Positions 38,906 to 48,525 are shown, counted from the first letter of the stretch. The stretch: 64,000 nt of DNA from Candidatus Caldipriscus sp. (GCA_049414445.1 JBMSAP010000083.1:6171-70170), one strand, 5' to 3'. Translations and numbers: made by a program. Notes: a model not told the origin generated them from the sequence alone.

Positions 38906-39386
38906 ATTTCAGGGCCTCCGCTTGAATGACCTTTAATACCCCCTTATCCCTTATGACCTTTGGGGAATAACCCATATCGCTATATCCCATAGAAAAGATT
39001 TCAAGGAGGGGGATATTGACAAAATCCCTTTTCCTGATCTCGGGATGGGGGATGATGAGCTCGGGACTTACCACCGTCAGGTTTTCCCATAGGAGAATAT
39101 CTATATCTATTATCCTGTCCTTATAGGGTTTCCCCTTTGAGGTTCTGCCGAGCTTTCTTTCAACCTCCTGAAAGAAATTTAAACTCTCAAATGGGTCCAT
39201 CTCCGTTGATAAAAGAAGGCACATATTTAGGAAGCCCCTACCCTCAAAACCCACAGCTTCCGTCAAATAAACCGACGAGCAAGCCAACACCCTAAATTTT
39301 TCCTTTAATAACTTTACGGCCCTTACTAAGTTTAATAGCCTTTCCCCCTCGTTTGAGCCGAGGGATACATAAAGCTTACTCCTCAC
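38898..39386 (-). CDS. folK: 2-amino-4-hydroxy-6-hydroxymethyldihydropteridine pyrophosphokinase (HPPK)
   Basis: 162 aa. 'YVSLGSNEGERL' N-terminus and 'GRTSKGKPYKDRIIDIDILLWEN' HPPK signature. Confidence 0.8.
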   Translation of the reverse strand: MRSKLYVSLGSNEGERLLNLVRAVKLLKEKFRVLACSSVYLTEAVGFEGRGFLNMCLLLSTEMDPFESLNFFQEVERKLGRTSKGKPYKDRIIDIDILLWENLTVVSPELIIPHPEIRKRDFVNIPLLEIFSMGYSDMGYSPKVIRDKGVLKVIQAEALKFD

Positions 39387-40191
39387 CCACCATAAACCTT
39401 ACAAATCTCCTTATTCTATAATCCCCCTGTGATTTCAACCAATCTCCGAAGGTTATATTGTTGTCCCTAATGTAAGGTTGGCTTAGGAGGGTCTTTTCCT
39501 TTATAAACGCTTTAATCTTCCCTTCAACGATCTTCGGAATTACGTTTTCCGGCTTTCCGGATTCCCTTGCCTGCTCTTCGTAAATCTTTTTTTCCTTCTC
39601 TAAAACCTCCTTCGGAAAGTCCTCTTCGGATATGGCAAGGGGTGCCATGGCTGCTATTTGCATAGCGGTTTCCTTTGCCACCTCAAGGGATGGTGGGAAA
39701 ACTTCCACCATCGACGCGAGCATATTTCCCGGATGGGCATATATGTATATCAACCCATCTGAGGTTTCAAAGTACGCGCACCTTTTAACTTGTATATTTT
39801 CCCCAACCTTACCCGCCAAAGCCTTCATCCCCTCCTCAACCTCAGCATCCACAAGGGTATTTATATCGTTCGTCTTCTTTTCCAGAAGCTTTTTTAATAC
39901 AAACTTCCCGAAGTTTTGAAAATCGTCCGTCCTTGCAACAAAATCCGTCTCACATCCCACCTCAACCAAAGCCCCCCATTTCCCGTTCTCGTCAAGGGCG
40001 TAAAATACATTTCCCTGCCTCGTCTCCCTTGCTATCTTCTTTTCCCCCTTAGCTATCCCCCACTTCTTTAAAAGCTCCACCGCCTTATCAAAATCACCCC
40101 CGCTCTCCTCCAAAGCCCTCTTCACATCCATAAGCCCAGCACCCGTCGCTTCCCTCAAAAGCTGAATAGTTTTAACATCTATCTTTGACAT
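39376..40191 (-). CDS. tsf: Elongation factor Ts
   Basis: 271 aa. UBA-like N-terminus 'LREATGAGLMDVKRALEESGGDFDKAVELL' and EF-Ts dimerisation core. Confidence 0.9.
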   Translation of the reverse strand: MSKIDVKTIQLLREATGAGLMDVKRALEESGGDFDKAVELLKKWGIAKGEKKIARETRQGNVFYALDENGKWGALVEVGCETDFVARTDDFQNFGKFVLKKLLEKKTNDINTLVDAEVEEGMKALAGKVGENIQVKRCAYFETSDGLIYIYAHPGNMLASMVEVFPPSLEVAKETAMQIAAMAPLAISEEDFPKEVLEKEKKIYEEQARESGKPENVIPKIVEGKIKAFIKEKTLLSQPYIRDNNITFGDWLKSQGDYRIRRFVRFMVGEE

Positions 40192-40194
40192 AAT

Positions 40195-40923
40195 TTAACC
40201 TCCCTTTGATTCCCTAGCCATCTTTCCATCAAGGTAACCCTGCGAAACTATACCAACGATAAAGTCTATGGACTTCATGGATTCGTCGTTTGCGGGGATA
40301 GGAAGATCCACGGATGTGGGATCCGCGTTGGTATCCACTATCCCTATGGTTGGGATCTTTAAGAGCTTGCTCTCGTAAGCCGCCATATCGTTGTACTTTG
40401 GATCCACTATGAAAACGAGGTCGGGAAGTTCGTCCATATCCCTTATACCGCCGAGCCTAACCTTTAGCTTTATATACTCCCTCTGCATCTTGAGGATCTC
40501 CTTCTTGGGATAGGGTAAGACTTTTCCTTCCCTCTTCAACCTCTCTATCTGTTCAAACAGGTTCTCGTATTCCTTCATCTTAAGGATCCTCTTGTAGATG
40601 GTTTCAAAGTTGGTTAGCATCCCCCCGAGCCATCTTTCAACCACATAGAAAGCCCCAACTCTCTCCGCATGCTTCTTTATTATTGACTTGGCTTGGGGTT
40701 TTGTACTTACGAAGAGGACCCTTCCCCCTCTTGCCCCCTCCCTCCTCATCAGCTCGTATGCCTTCTTTATGGCGACCGCGGTGTACCTGATGTCTATTAT
40801 GTGTATTCCTTCTTTTGCGGTGTAGATGAAGGGTTTCATCTTGGGGTTCCATCTGCTTGTTCTGTGCCCGTAATGTGCCCCCACTTCCAAAAGCTTCTTC
40901 AGGAGGGCCTCGGTATCCTGCAA
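40195..40923 (-). CDS. rpsB: 30S ribosomal protein S2; the start is probably the TTG at 40923 rather than the ATG at 40989
   Basis: 'LLEVGAHYGHRTSRWNPKM' S2 signature. The ATG start would overlap rpsI by 46 nt and add a ~25-aa atypical N-terminus. An in-frame TTG at 40923 lies just past the rpsI stop and has a GGAGGA Shine-Dalgarno ~9 nt upstream. Confidence 0.85.
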   Translation of the reverse strand: MQDTEALLKKLLEVGAHYGHRTSRWNPKMKPFIYTAKEGIHIIDIRYTAVAIKKAYELMRREGARGGRVLFVSTKPQAKSIIKKHAERVGAFYVVERWLGGMLTNFETIYKRILKMKEYENLFEQIERLKREGKVLPYPKKEILKMQREYIKLKVRLGGIRDMDELPDLVFIVDPKYNDMAAYESKLLKIPTIGIVDTNADPTSVDLPIPANDESMKSIDFIVGIVSQGYLDGKMARESKGG

Positions 40924-40942
40924 ATACTTGTGGTAATCCTCC

Positions 40943-41332
40943 TCAGCGCTTGGTATACTGCCAAGACCTTCTTCTCTTAGTCTTTCCATATTTCATCCTC
41001 TCCTTTTTCCTTGCATCACGCGTGAGCATACCTTCCTTTTTGAAAACCTCCCTTAAACCATCGTTGAGCTTTAATAGCGCCCTTGCCAGGGCGTACCTAA
41101 GGGCTCCCGCCTGCCCCGAAAGCCCCCCTCCGTCCAATCTAACCTTAATATCCAGAACATCCTTTAAGTTGGAGAGCTCAAGGGGCTGTAGGGCGTACAT
41201 CACCAGATCCTTCCTCTTGAAATACTCCTCGGGGGACCTACCGTTTATAAATATCCTCCCCGTACCCCCCTTGTATATGGTCACCCTTGCCACCGCGGTT
41301 TTCCTACCTCCCGAAGTCTGAATAATCTCCAT
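40943..41332 (-). CDS. rpsI: 30S ribosomal protein S9
   Basis: 129 aa. C-terminal 'KYGKTKRRRSWQYTKR' S9 signature. Confidence 0.9.
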   Translation of the reverse strand: MEIIQTSGGRKTAVARVTIYKGGTGRIFINGRSPEEYFKRKDLVMYALQPLELSNLKDVLDIKVRLDGGGLSGQAGALRYALARALLKLNDGLREVFKKEGMLTRDARKKERMKYGKTKRRRSWQYTKR

Positions 41333-41342
41333 AATTTCCCTC

Positions 41343-41780
41343 CTAAGTTTCCAAATTTAAGGGTTGTGGGTTTTGGGCGTGGTGCGGGTGGGAACTTCCC
41401 ACGTAGATCTTTAACCTCTTAAGCCTCCTGTCCCTAAGCCTGTTCTTTGGTAGCATCCTCTTTACCGCAAGGAATATCACCTTCTCAGGGTTCCTTTCGA
41501 GCATTTCCCTTAGGGTAAATTCTTTTAAGTTGCCGGGATATCCGGAGTGAAAGCGGTAGAGCTTCTGTTCCATCTTCTTTCCCGTTACCCTTATCTTCTC
41601 GGCGTTTATTACCACCACGAAATCCCCGCAATCCGCGTGAGGGGTATATTGTGGTTTGTGTTTCCCCATAAGTATTTTGGCAATTTGACTCGCCAACCTA
41701 CCCAATATCTTACCCTCAGCATCCACAAGCCACCATTTCCTTTCTACCTCATCCTTCTTTAGAAAAGGTGTTACTTTCAA
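41343..41780 (-). CDS. rplM: 50S ribosomal protein L13
   Basis: 145 aa. '[23 protein letters not shown]' L13 N-terminal signature. Conserved rplM-rpsI pairing. Confidence 0.9.
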   Translation of the reverse strand: MKVTPFLKKDEVERKWWLVDAEGKILGRLASQIAKILMGKHKPQYTPHADCGDFVVVINAEKIRVTGKKMEQKLYRFHSGYPGNLKEFTLREMLERNPEKVIFLAVKRMLPKNRLRDRRLKRLKIYVGSSHPHHAQNPQPLNLET

Positions 41781-41823
41781 ACTTTACCTCCTTTTTGGTC
41801 GGGTATTATAAGGTTGAAGGACC

Positions 41824-42606
41824 TTAGGCGAAGTATAGGGGGAAAAGGGCGGAAAAGGTTGCAAACTTCAAGACCTTCCTCATTACGGAGTACTCCCCCC
41901 TGAATATTCTTCGGGAGAAGAGCCATAAAGGGAGATTCACGAGGGCGAAAACCCCGATTCCGTAAAGTGTTGAGTACCCAAAAAATACGGGAATTACATC
42001 CAAAATCGTCAAGAACATTATCCCGAAGAATATGATATATTGCAAGCTTTTCTCTTTAAAAACGTGCGCCACCGTCTTTCTATATATCTTATCCCCCTCC
42101 TTATCCTCAAGGCTCTTCACAAGCTCCCTAAGAAATTGAAGGTAGGCGCCCAAAAGGGCACCTGGGATGATCCTTTCAAGGTTCCCCAAATTCGCCCCGT
42201 AAAGAAAGGCGAGGAAAGTTGCAAAGGAAACCAAAATATTCCCCAAAATGGGAACCGCCTTTATTTCAAGGTTATAGAGGAGCCCCAAGAACATACCAAA
42301 AGAGCCCAAAAGGAGAGCCCAATTGGAGTGCTTTGATGAGAAATATAGCCCGAGGATCAAAAAGATCAAGGCAATCATATGTGCGTCCAAGAGGGAAGCT
42401 TCGCCTTTAACTAAGGGCCTTTCTGGATGGTTAAATCTATCAACTTCAAGGTCAAATATGTCGTTGGTGACGTTTATAAAGGCGGAGATGGAGAAGGCGC
42501 CAAGCATAGCATAGATAGGAAAACTTTCCCCGTATGTTATTTTGTTGGAGATGAAAACCACAAGGGAGGCTATTAGGCAGTTAAGGGGTCTTATGAGCCT
42601 TAGCAT
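41824..42606 (-). CDS. UbiA-superfamily integral-membrane prenyltransferase
   Basis: 260 aa, ~8 TM. First Asp-rich motif 'NDIFDLEVDRFNHPERPL' (NDxxDxxxD). No clear sub-family assignment from sequence alone. Overlaps lgt. Confidence 0.65.
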   Translation of the reverse strand: MLRLIRPLNCLIASLVVFISNKITYGESFPIYAMLGAFSISAFINVTNDIFDLEVDRFNHPERPLVKGEASLLDAHMIALIFLILGLYFSSKHSNWALLLGSFGMFLGLLYNLEIKAVPILGNILVSFATFLAFLYGANLGNLERIIPGALLGAYLQFLRELVKSLEDKEGDKIYRKTVAHVFKEKSLQYIIFFGIMFLTILDVIPVFFGYSTLYGIGVFALVNLPLWLFSRRIFRGEYSVMRKVLKFATFSALFPLYFA

Positions 42607-43357
42607 TTACCCTAAAAAGGAGGATCACCCCAAGGATCATAATGAAAAGGGCTATCCATTGGTTGAAGGTTAGGCCGAAGATGTACGCGTTTGGTTTGTA
42701 ATGCCTCGTAAAATCCACGAGAAACCTAACAAATGGAGTGAATATTAGAGCGATAGAACCCACCAACCCGGGCCTTTCCGCCCCAAACCTTCTAAGCAAG
42801 AAAACGTACAACAAAAACAATATCGCATCCCCAAAGGATTCGTAAATTTGTGACGGATGAACGGGAACATCCCCGAACTCAAGGTGAGGCTCGCTACCCT
42901 CCGGAAATACGACGCCAAAAGGTAGATCCGTAGGCTTTCCATAACAACATCCGTTGAAGAAGCATCCCCACCTCCCTATGGCTATACCTAAGGTTATTCC
43001 GGGTATTGCGGAATCCAAAACCGCCCAAAGGTTCCACTTCTCCCTGTATATATACCACAAAACCGGTATAACTCCAAAGAGGATTCCGTAAAATATCAAA
43101 CCCCCATGCCATATGGCAAAGATCTCCTCCAAATTCAACTTATAGTAATCCCAGTTTTCGATGACGAAAAAGAGCCTTGCGCCTATAACTCCAAATATCA
43201 TCGCCCAGATCGCCGCATCCCAAACCTTGTTTTCACTTATTCCGAATTTTTTTAGGTTCTCCTTCGCAAACCAAACCCCCGCCAAAAATCCCAAGAGCAC
43301 CAAAACCCCGTAAGTCCTTACTTGAAAACCGCCGATCTCAAACAGTATCGGATGCAT
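42581..43357 (-). CDS. lgt: Prolipoprotein diacylglyceryl transferase
   Basis: 258 aa. 'YGVLVLLGFLAGVWFA' N-terminal helix and Lgt signature 'GRWGCFFNGCCYGKPTDLPFGVVFP'. Confidence 0.85.
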   Translation of the reverse strand: MHPILFEIGGFQVRTYGVLVLLGFLAGVWFAKENLKKFGISENKVWDAAIWAMIFGVIGARLFFVIENWDYYKLNLEEIFAIWHGGLIFYGILFGVIPVLWYIYREKWNLWAVLDSAIPGITLGIAIGRWGCFFNGCCYGKPTDLPFGVVFPEGSEPHLEFGDVPVHPSQIYESFGDAILFLLYVFLLRRFGAERPGLVGSIALIFTPFVRFLVDFTRHYKPNAYIFGLTFNQWIALFIMILGVILLFRVNAKAHKTP

Positions 43358-43958
43358 AGCCCTTCATTTTAACGGTGTTATACAATCTACCCTTATCCCC
43401 CCTCCTATGGGAAAATAGAAAAGTATCCTCGTACGTGCAGGCTGGAGGAGGAACTATAAGCCTTACCCCATAAGATTCAAAGATCCTCCTATTGTACCCA
43501 TAAAGGTCAAGCAGGTACTTCCCGTTCCCCTTGGGTATTGCAAATTTTCCGAAAAGCTCCGCAACTTCCTCCCCCACCTCATAACATTTCCCGCATATTC
43601 CCGGACCAAAAATTACAGTAATCTCTTCGGGTTTTACCCCAAAGTTCTCGTACATAGCCATCAACCCCTCAAGGGCTATACCCCTTATGCTCCCCCTCCA
43701 ACCCGCATGAAGTACCCCAACCGCGAACTTTGAGATTAGGAAAATTGGGAAACAATCCGCGGTCTTTACACCCAAAACAACCCCCACCCTATCCGTTAAT
43801 GCTCCATCCCCAGTATCCTCACGCTGACCCTTATAAATTACCACCCTCGCCCCATGCGTTTGAACAAGATTCAAATCAAGCGAAACGGGATTTCTACTTA
43901 CCCTTATTTCAAATTTTTCCCCCACGAGATAGAACCCTTCGTCTATGCGCTCCCACAT
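43338..43958 (-). CDS. YfiH/PgeF-family (DUF152, laccase-domain) purine nucleoside phosphorylase / peptidoglycan editing factor
   Basis: 206 aa. 'TADCFPIFL...VLHAGWRGSIRG' conserved Cys/His cluster of the family. Confidence 0.75.
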   Translation of the reverse strand: MWERIDEGFYLVGEKFEIRVSRNPVSLDLNLVQTHGARVVIYKGQREDTGDGALTDRVGVVLGVKTADCFPIFLISKFAVGVLHAGWRGSIRGIALEGLMAMYENFGVKPEEITVIFGPGICGKCYEVGEEVAELFGKFAIPKGNGKYLLDLYGYNRRIFESYGVRLIVPPPACTYEDTFLFSHRRGDKGRLYNTVKMKGYASDTV

Positions 43959-44000
43959 TCAAAATTCTAAGTTCGTTTTCCGCGTTAAAATATTCACATT

Positions 44001-44858
44001 ATGAAAAGGTTGTTTTTGGTTCTTTTGGCTCTTTCGGTAGTGGCGGGATGTAAGAAAAGACCAACCCCTCCGGAGGATGGAGGTGGTGGAGGCGGAGGAG
44101 GGGGTGGAGCCGGTCCTACACCCGAAAGCATCGCGGTATATTTCGGCATAAAGACGGACAGCGCGTTCGTATATTGGGATAGCATATACTCTCCCAGTAG
44201 GGGTACCGCGGTGGATACTGTACTAACGATCTTCCATTCCTACATATCCTCAGGGGGGGAGCTTAGGGTTCCGCGTACGGACACCTTCCTAATTGCCAAC
44301 AGGGTTTTAAAGGATACACTTTACGTTAAAGGAGACACCCTATACCAATACTACACCCTCGTTATTGATACTATTGGACCTTCCCCCGACACGATAAGGC
44401 TTAAAAATATAATCGGCATAAAGCCTTTAACGGTGGGTAAAACTTGGACACCCATAACCGGCAAACAATCCCTAAACGATACAATAAAGTTTCCTTTGAT
44501 ACCAACCTGCACCCTTATAGTTAGGCTTGACAGCTTCAGGATAGATTCCTCGAGGGCGAAAGTTATTGATTCCCTAACCATAACGGTACCCGGCGGATCC
44601 TTCAGCGTTTTCAGGATAGCTTATAACAGGCATGCAAAGGCTTTTTATAGACTATCAACAAAACCCTTGGGATGCCTCCCAATATCGGGCGATACGAATG
44701 CGACCTTTGACTCTTGGGATACCCTACATATAAAGCCCTATTTCGGCGCTGTCCTAACTGCGGGTAAGGATAGCATACAATTTAATACAAACCTCGTTTC
44801 CCAAATTGAGGTTTTGAGGAGGTACAGGGCGTACGTTAGGAAGGTACCCAGACCTTAA
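44001..44858 (+). CDS. Hypothetical lipoprotein with a poly-Gly/Pro linker
   Basis: 285 aa. Signal peptide and lipobox 'LSVVAGC', followed by 'KKRPTPPEDGGGGGGGGGGAGPTPES' and a beta-rich body. No recognised domain. Confidence 0.5.
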   Translation: MKRLFLVLLALSVVAGCKKRPTPPEDGGGGGGGGGGAGPTPESIAVYFGIKTDSAFVYWDSIYSPSRGTAVDTVLTIFHSYISSGGELRVPRTDTFLIANRVLKDTLYVKGDTLYQYYTLVIDTIGPSPDTIRLKNIIGIKPLTVGKTWTPITGKQSLNDTIKFPLIPTCTLIVRLDSFRIDSSRAKVIDSLTITVPGGSFSVFRIAYNRHAKAFYRLSTKPLGCLPISGDTNATFDSWDTLHIKPYFGAVLTAGKDSIQFNTNLVSQIEVLRRYRAYVRKVPRP

Positions 44859-46054
44859 TGATAACCGCGCTCAGGGGGTTCAGGGATATATGGGGTGAGG
44901 ATTGGGAGGTTTTTGAGGAGATTATCTCTACCTTTAAAAACCGTCTGAGGGATTTTAACGTAGTTTGGATAGAGACCCCGATCCTTGAACCCCTTGAGCT
45001 ATTTATAAGATCCGTTGGGGAATTTACCGACATCGTCCAAAAGCAGATGTTCTCATTTAGGGATAGGGGGAATAGGGAAGTTGCATTAAGGCCCGAGGGA
45101 ACCGCGGGGGTGGTAAGGGCGTTCGTAGAAAATCGGCTAAGCTATCCCACAAGGTTGGCATATTTTGGTCCGATGTTTAGGGCGGAGAGGCCCCAGAAGG
45201 GTAGGTATAGGCAATTTTACCAACTTGGGGTTGAGTTCATAGGGTTTTCGGGTTCATACGCGGATGCGGAAGGGTTAATATCCGCGTACTTACCCTTAAA
45301 GGATCTGGGGTTAAAGGTTAAGGTTTTTGTGAATACCCTGGGTGGGGAGGAGGCGAAGGTTAAATATTCGGAAAAACTGAGGGATTACCTTATGGATCTG
45401 GATTTCCTATGCGAGGATTGTATAAGGAGGAGGGAAAGGAACCCCCTGAGGGTTTTGGACTGTAAGGTTTGTTCCCCAAAACTTTCTCCCCCGGATATCC
45501 TTGAAATGGTTCCGAAAAACGAAAGGGATAATTTTGATAGAACGATAAGAATATTGGAAAAATATGGCGTTCCCGTAGAGAGGGATCCCAAGTTGGTTAG
45601 GGGGCTTGATTACTATACGGGTTTGGTTTTTGAAATAAAGGTGGAAGAACTTGATGCAGCCCAAAACACGATTTTAGCGGGAGGTAGGTACGATAATTTG
45701 ATTTACCAACTTGGTGGGGAAAACATTCCTGCCTTCGGTTGGGCGGCGGGTATAGACAGGATAAGCCTTATATACAAACCATATCAAAAACCCAAAGACC
45801 TTTACTTTGTTGTAAGAACTTCTGACGAATATTTCGAAGAGGCTTTTGAGATCCTGATGATTTTGAGGAATTCAAATAAAAGGGCGGATATGGTATTTGA
45901 GGAGGGGAAGAGCCTTAAGGCACAGATGAGGAGGGCGAACAAACTCGGGGCAAGATGGGTGATTTTTGTTGGGGAGGAAGAGGTAAAGAGGGGGGCTGTA
46001 AAGGTTAGGGATATGGAAACAGGAGAAGAGTTTATTACAACTTTAGAGAGCTAA
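44858..46054 (+). CDS. hisS: Histidine--tRNA ligase
   Basis: 398 aa. Class II motifs and HisRS-specific 'LRPEGTAGVVRA' / 'RYRQFYQLGVEFIG'. C-terminal anticodon-binding domain is present, which excludes HisZ. Confidence 0.8.
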   Translation: MITALRGFRDIWGEDWEVFEEIISTFKNRLRDFNVVWIETPILEPLELFIRSVGEFTDIVQKQMFSFRDRGNREVALRPEGTAGVVRAFVENRLSYPTRLAYFGPMFRAERPQKGRYRQFYQLGVEFIGFSGSYADAEGLISAYLPLKDLGLKVKVFVNTLGGEEAKVKYSEKLRDYLMDLDFLCEDCIRRRERNPLRVLDCKVCSPKLSPPDILEMVPKNERDNFDRTIRILEKYGVPVERDPKLVRGLDYYTGLVFEIKVEELDAAQNTILAGGRYDNLIYQLGGENIPAFGWAAGIDRISLIYKPYQKPKDLYFVVRTSDEYFEEAFEILMILRNSNKRADMVFEEGKSLKAQMRRANKLGARWVIFVGEEEVKRGAVKVRDMETGEEFITTLES

Positions 46055-46381
46055 GAAAAGAAGAACCCGGACATATCAGGGCAAGTTACAGGATGTTGTT
46101 TTAAAAGTGAAGGATCGCGCATATAGATGAGCTAATTGGGACAGAAGACAGTTAGTCGGAAAGGGGGGCTAATTAAGGCTCGCACATACAAATTCCCCTA
46201 CCCTTAAAAGTTCCATGCATTGCCTTATATCCTCTTTGCTTATGAACTGTACATTTCCCCCCCTCTGTAGAAATTATACGGGTTTGTTTGAAAGCGGTTT
46301 TTTCATAAAAATAAACACCCACACTATTACAACATTATAATACCCACACTATGATGATACCTCAAAATATCTCTGGCGCTC

Positions 46382-47188
46382 TTGGCGGTAGGATGGTTTG
46401 CGGGATGTAGAAAACCATCCCCAACCTCCTTTATGCGAGCTTATAGTATATTTATAAGGTTTCCCGATAGGCAAGTCTCCTGGCATCAGTTCGGTATAGC
46501 CACCGTCAGTCCCAACTTCGTACCCGAGGTTAAGTTCAACGGTAGGCAGATCCCGCGCGAGAATATAGATTACGTTTTTGGTGAGTTTAGAGGATGGGAC
46601 ACCCTACCCACGATTTCGCCCAACGCGGAGGTTCAGATGGAGGTGAAATATAGGGATCTGAACGAAAAGGATAAAACCGCAAGCTCAAAGGTAAAACTTC
46701 CCTCGGAGCCTTCCGCAAGCGTAAGCATTACTGGTGGCAATATAAGGGTCGCGTGGGGAAAACCCGATAAAAAGACCGTCTCGTTCGTTTATGTTGAAAT
46801 ATACGCCAGATGTTATGATGGAGTTAGCTACTCGTATAACTCCAAAGACACCGTAATAACCGACATAGAGAACGTCACGGAAGTTAGCAGGACGCTTGGG
46901 ACGATGTGCGCTCCCATAACCAATCCGGTTGAAGTATTTGCGCGAGGAATAGTAGTAAATTTCTACGGTCCTTGGTCTGGATCAAAGGATAACATAAAAG
47001 GGATAAAGGGCCAATACTACGGAGGCGCAGGTGTTGCTAGTTTAGCGAGCTGGCCCTCTTCCTCAAGGGTGGCGAAATTTGATGGGAAATTTAACCTCAA
47101 CAGGGAAGAGTTCTTCAATAGGATGATAAACACCATAGAAAAGCATTTTGGAGTTCCCGAAGAGGGTAGCTGGATAAACGGATTTTAA
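46382..47188 (+). CDS. Hypothetical protein, probably a lipoprotein with a non-ATG start upstream (~46331)
   Basis: 268 aa from the annotated ATG. The same frame is open upstream and reads 'LKISLALLAVGWFAGC' (signal peptide plus lipobox) right after two in-frame TGA codons, which suggests a non-canonical start codon. Confidence 0.4.
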   Translation: MAVGWFAGCRKPSPTSFMRAYSIFIRFPDRQVSWHQFGIATVSPNFVPEVKFNGRQIPRENIDYVFGEFRGWDTLPTISPNAEVQMEVKYRDLNEKDKTASSKVKLPSEPSASVSITGGNIRVAWGKPDKKTVSFVYVEIYARCYDGVSYSYNSKDTVITDIENVTEVSRTLGTMCAPITNPVEVFARGIVVNFYGPWSGSKDNIKGIKGQYYGGAGVASLASWPSSSRVAKFDGKFNLNREEFFNRMINTIEKHFGVPEEGSWINGF

Positions 47189-47223
47189 TATCCCGGGGCA
47201 ATTTTCAGCTTTACAATAAAGGG

Positions 47224-48525
47224 ATGAGGAAGTTTCATATAAAGACGTTTGGTTGTCAGATGAACGAACTTGACAGCGAGATAATCAGGAGTATGTTGGA
47301 GGAAAGGGGTTTTGTTTATTCCGAAAACCCGGAAAATGCGGAGATCATCCTGATAAACACTTGTACGGTTAGGGAGAAGGCGGCGAGGAAAGCAAAGCAC
47401 CTTTTGAGATTCTATAAAAATAGGGGAAAATTTGTTGGGGTTTTGGGTTGTTTGGCTCAGCAGGAGGGGGAGAAACTCTTGAAATACGGGGCGGATATTG
47501 TGGTGGGAACCAGGGGTTATAACGAACTTCCCAAGCTTTTAGGTTCTATGGAGGATAAGGCGGTGGTATGCCAAGACCTCGGGCTACATTACACCACAAA
47601 GAGGAAGGCACTAAGCCATTCCGAATACGTGAGCATACAGTACGGTTGCGATAACTTCTGTACCTTTTGCGTGGTTCCTTACACGAGGGGTAGGGAGATA
47701 TCAAGGCCTGCAGAGGAGATATTGGAGGAGGTTAAAAACCTTGATAGGCAGGGGGTGGTTGAGATAACCTTACTTGGTCAAAACGTAAACAGCTACTTTG
47801 ATGGAAAGTATGACTTTGCGGACCTTTTGAGGATGATAGAGGAAAACACGAGGAACATACGCAGGATAAGGTTTACGAGCCCGAACCCTAGGGACTTCTC
47901 TTACAAAGTTCTAAAGGCGGTGGCGGAAAGCGAAAAAATAACCGACTGGATCCACCTACCCTTACAATCCGGTTCTGATAGGATCCTGAGGAAAATGAAC
48001 AGGGGTTATAATAAGGCGGAGTACCTTGAGCAGGCATACTTGATCAGGGAACTTATGCCCTTTGGGACGATAACCACGGACATAATCGTGGGGTTTCCCG
48101 GGGAGACGGAGGAAGATTTTGAAGAGACCCTTGAAGTTGTTAGGAAAGTTAAGTTTGACGGCGCATTTATGTTCATATACTCCCCCAGGCCTAATACTCC
48201 CGCGGCGTTTTACAAGGATCAGGTGGATGAGGAGGTGAAGGTGGAAAGGCAGAGGAGGTTGATAGAAGAGGTGAATAAACATGCGATGGAGAGTAGGAAA
48301 ATTTTCTTGGGAAGGGAGGAGGAGGTTCTCATAGATGGGATAAGCAAAAAGAGCTTTAAGGAATCTTCGGGTAAGATAAGGAACGGATTAACGGTTGTGG
48401 TGGAGGGATTGTTTAAGGTTGGGGAATTCGTGAAGGTAAGGATAAAGGAGATTTCGGGATTAACGTTGAGGGCGGAGCCTATAAAAAGCGAAAGCGCTGT
48501 CCCCGCCCTTCACGAACTTAAATAG
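47224..48525 (+). CDS. MiaB-family radical-SAM tRNA methylthiotransferase (MiaB/MtaB-like)
   Basis: 433 aa. N-terminal MTTase Cys triad ('FGCQMNE', 'NTCTVRE', 'GCLAQ'), radical-SAM 'CDNFCTFCVVP', C-terminal TRAM domain. Confidence 0.8.
   Translation: MRKFHIKTFGCQMNELDSEIIRSMLEERGFVYSENPENAEIILINTCTVREKAARKAKHLLRFYKNRGKFVGVLGCLAQQEGEKLLKYGADIVVGTRGYNELPKLLGSMEDKAVVCQDLGLHYTTKRKALSHSEYVSIQYGCDNFCTFCVVPYTRGREISRPAEEILEEVKNLDRQGVVEITLLGQNVNSYFDGKYDFADLLRMIEENTRNIRRIRFTSPNPRDFSYKVLKAVAESEKITDWIHLPLQSGSDRILRKMNRGYNKAEYLEQAYLIRELMPFGTITTDIIVGFPGETEEDFEETLEVVRKVKFDGAFMFIYSPRPNTPAAFYKDQVDEEVKVERQRRLIEEVNKHAMESRKIFLGREEEVLIDGISKKSFKESSGKIRNGLTVVVEGLFKVGEFVKVRIKEISGLTLRAEPIKSESAVPALHELK

Noticed and set aside
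44080-44115. GGAGGTGGTGGAGGCGGAGGAGGGGGTGGAGCC purine-rich simple repeat
   Set aside because: It lies in-frame within the lipoprotein gene and encodes the poly-Gly linker. It is not a CRISPR repeat or regulatory G-quadruplex candidate in any meaningful sense. No CRISPR array (regularly spaced direct repeats) is present anywhere in the window.
46055-46381. Search for a structured ncRNA (tmRNA, RNase P, SRP, 6S) in the long hisS-downstream spacer
   Set aside because: No conserved boxes were recognisable by eye (no tmRNA tag-reading frame/pseudoknot hallmarks, no RNase P P4 sequence, no SRP domain-IV GNRA-tetraloop motif context). Left as an unexplained spacer rather than called as an RNA gene.
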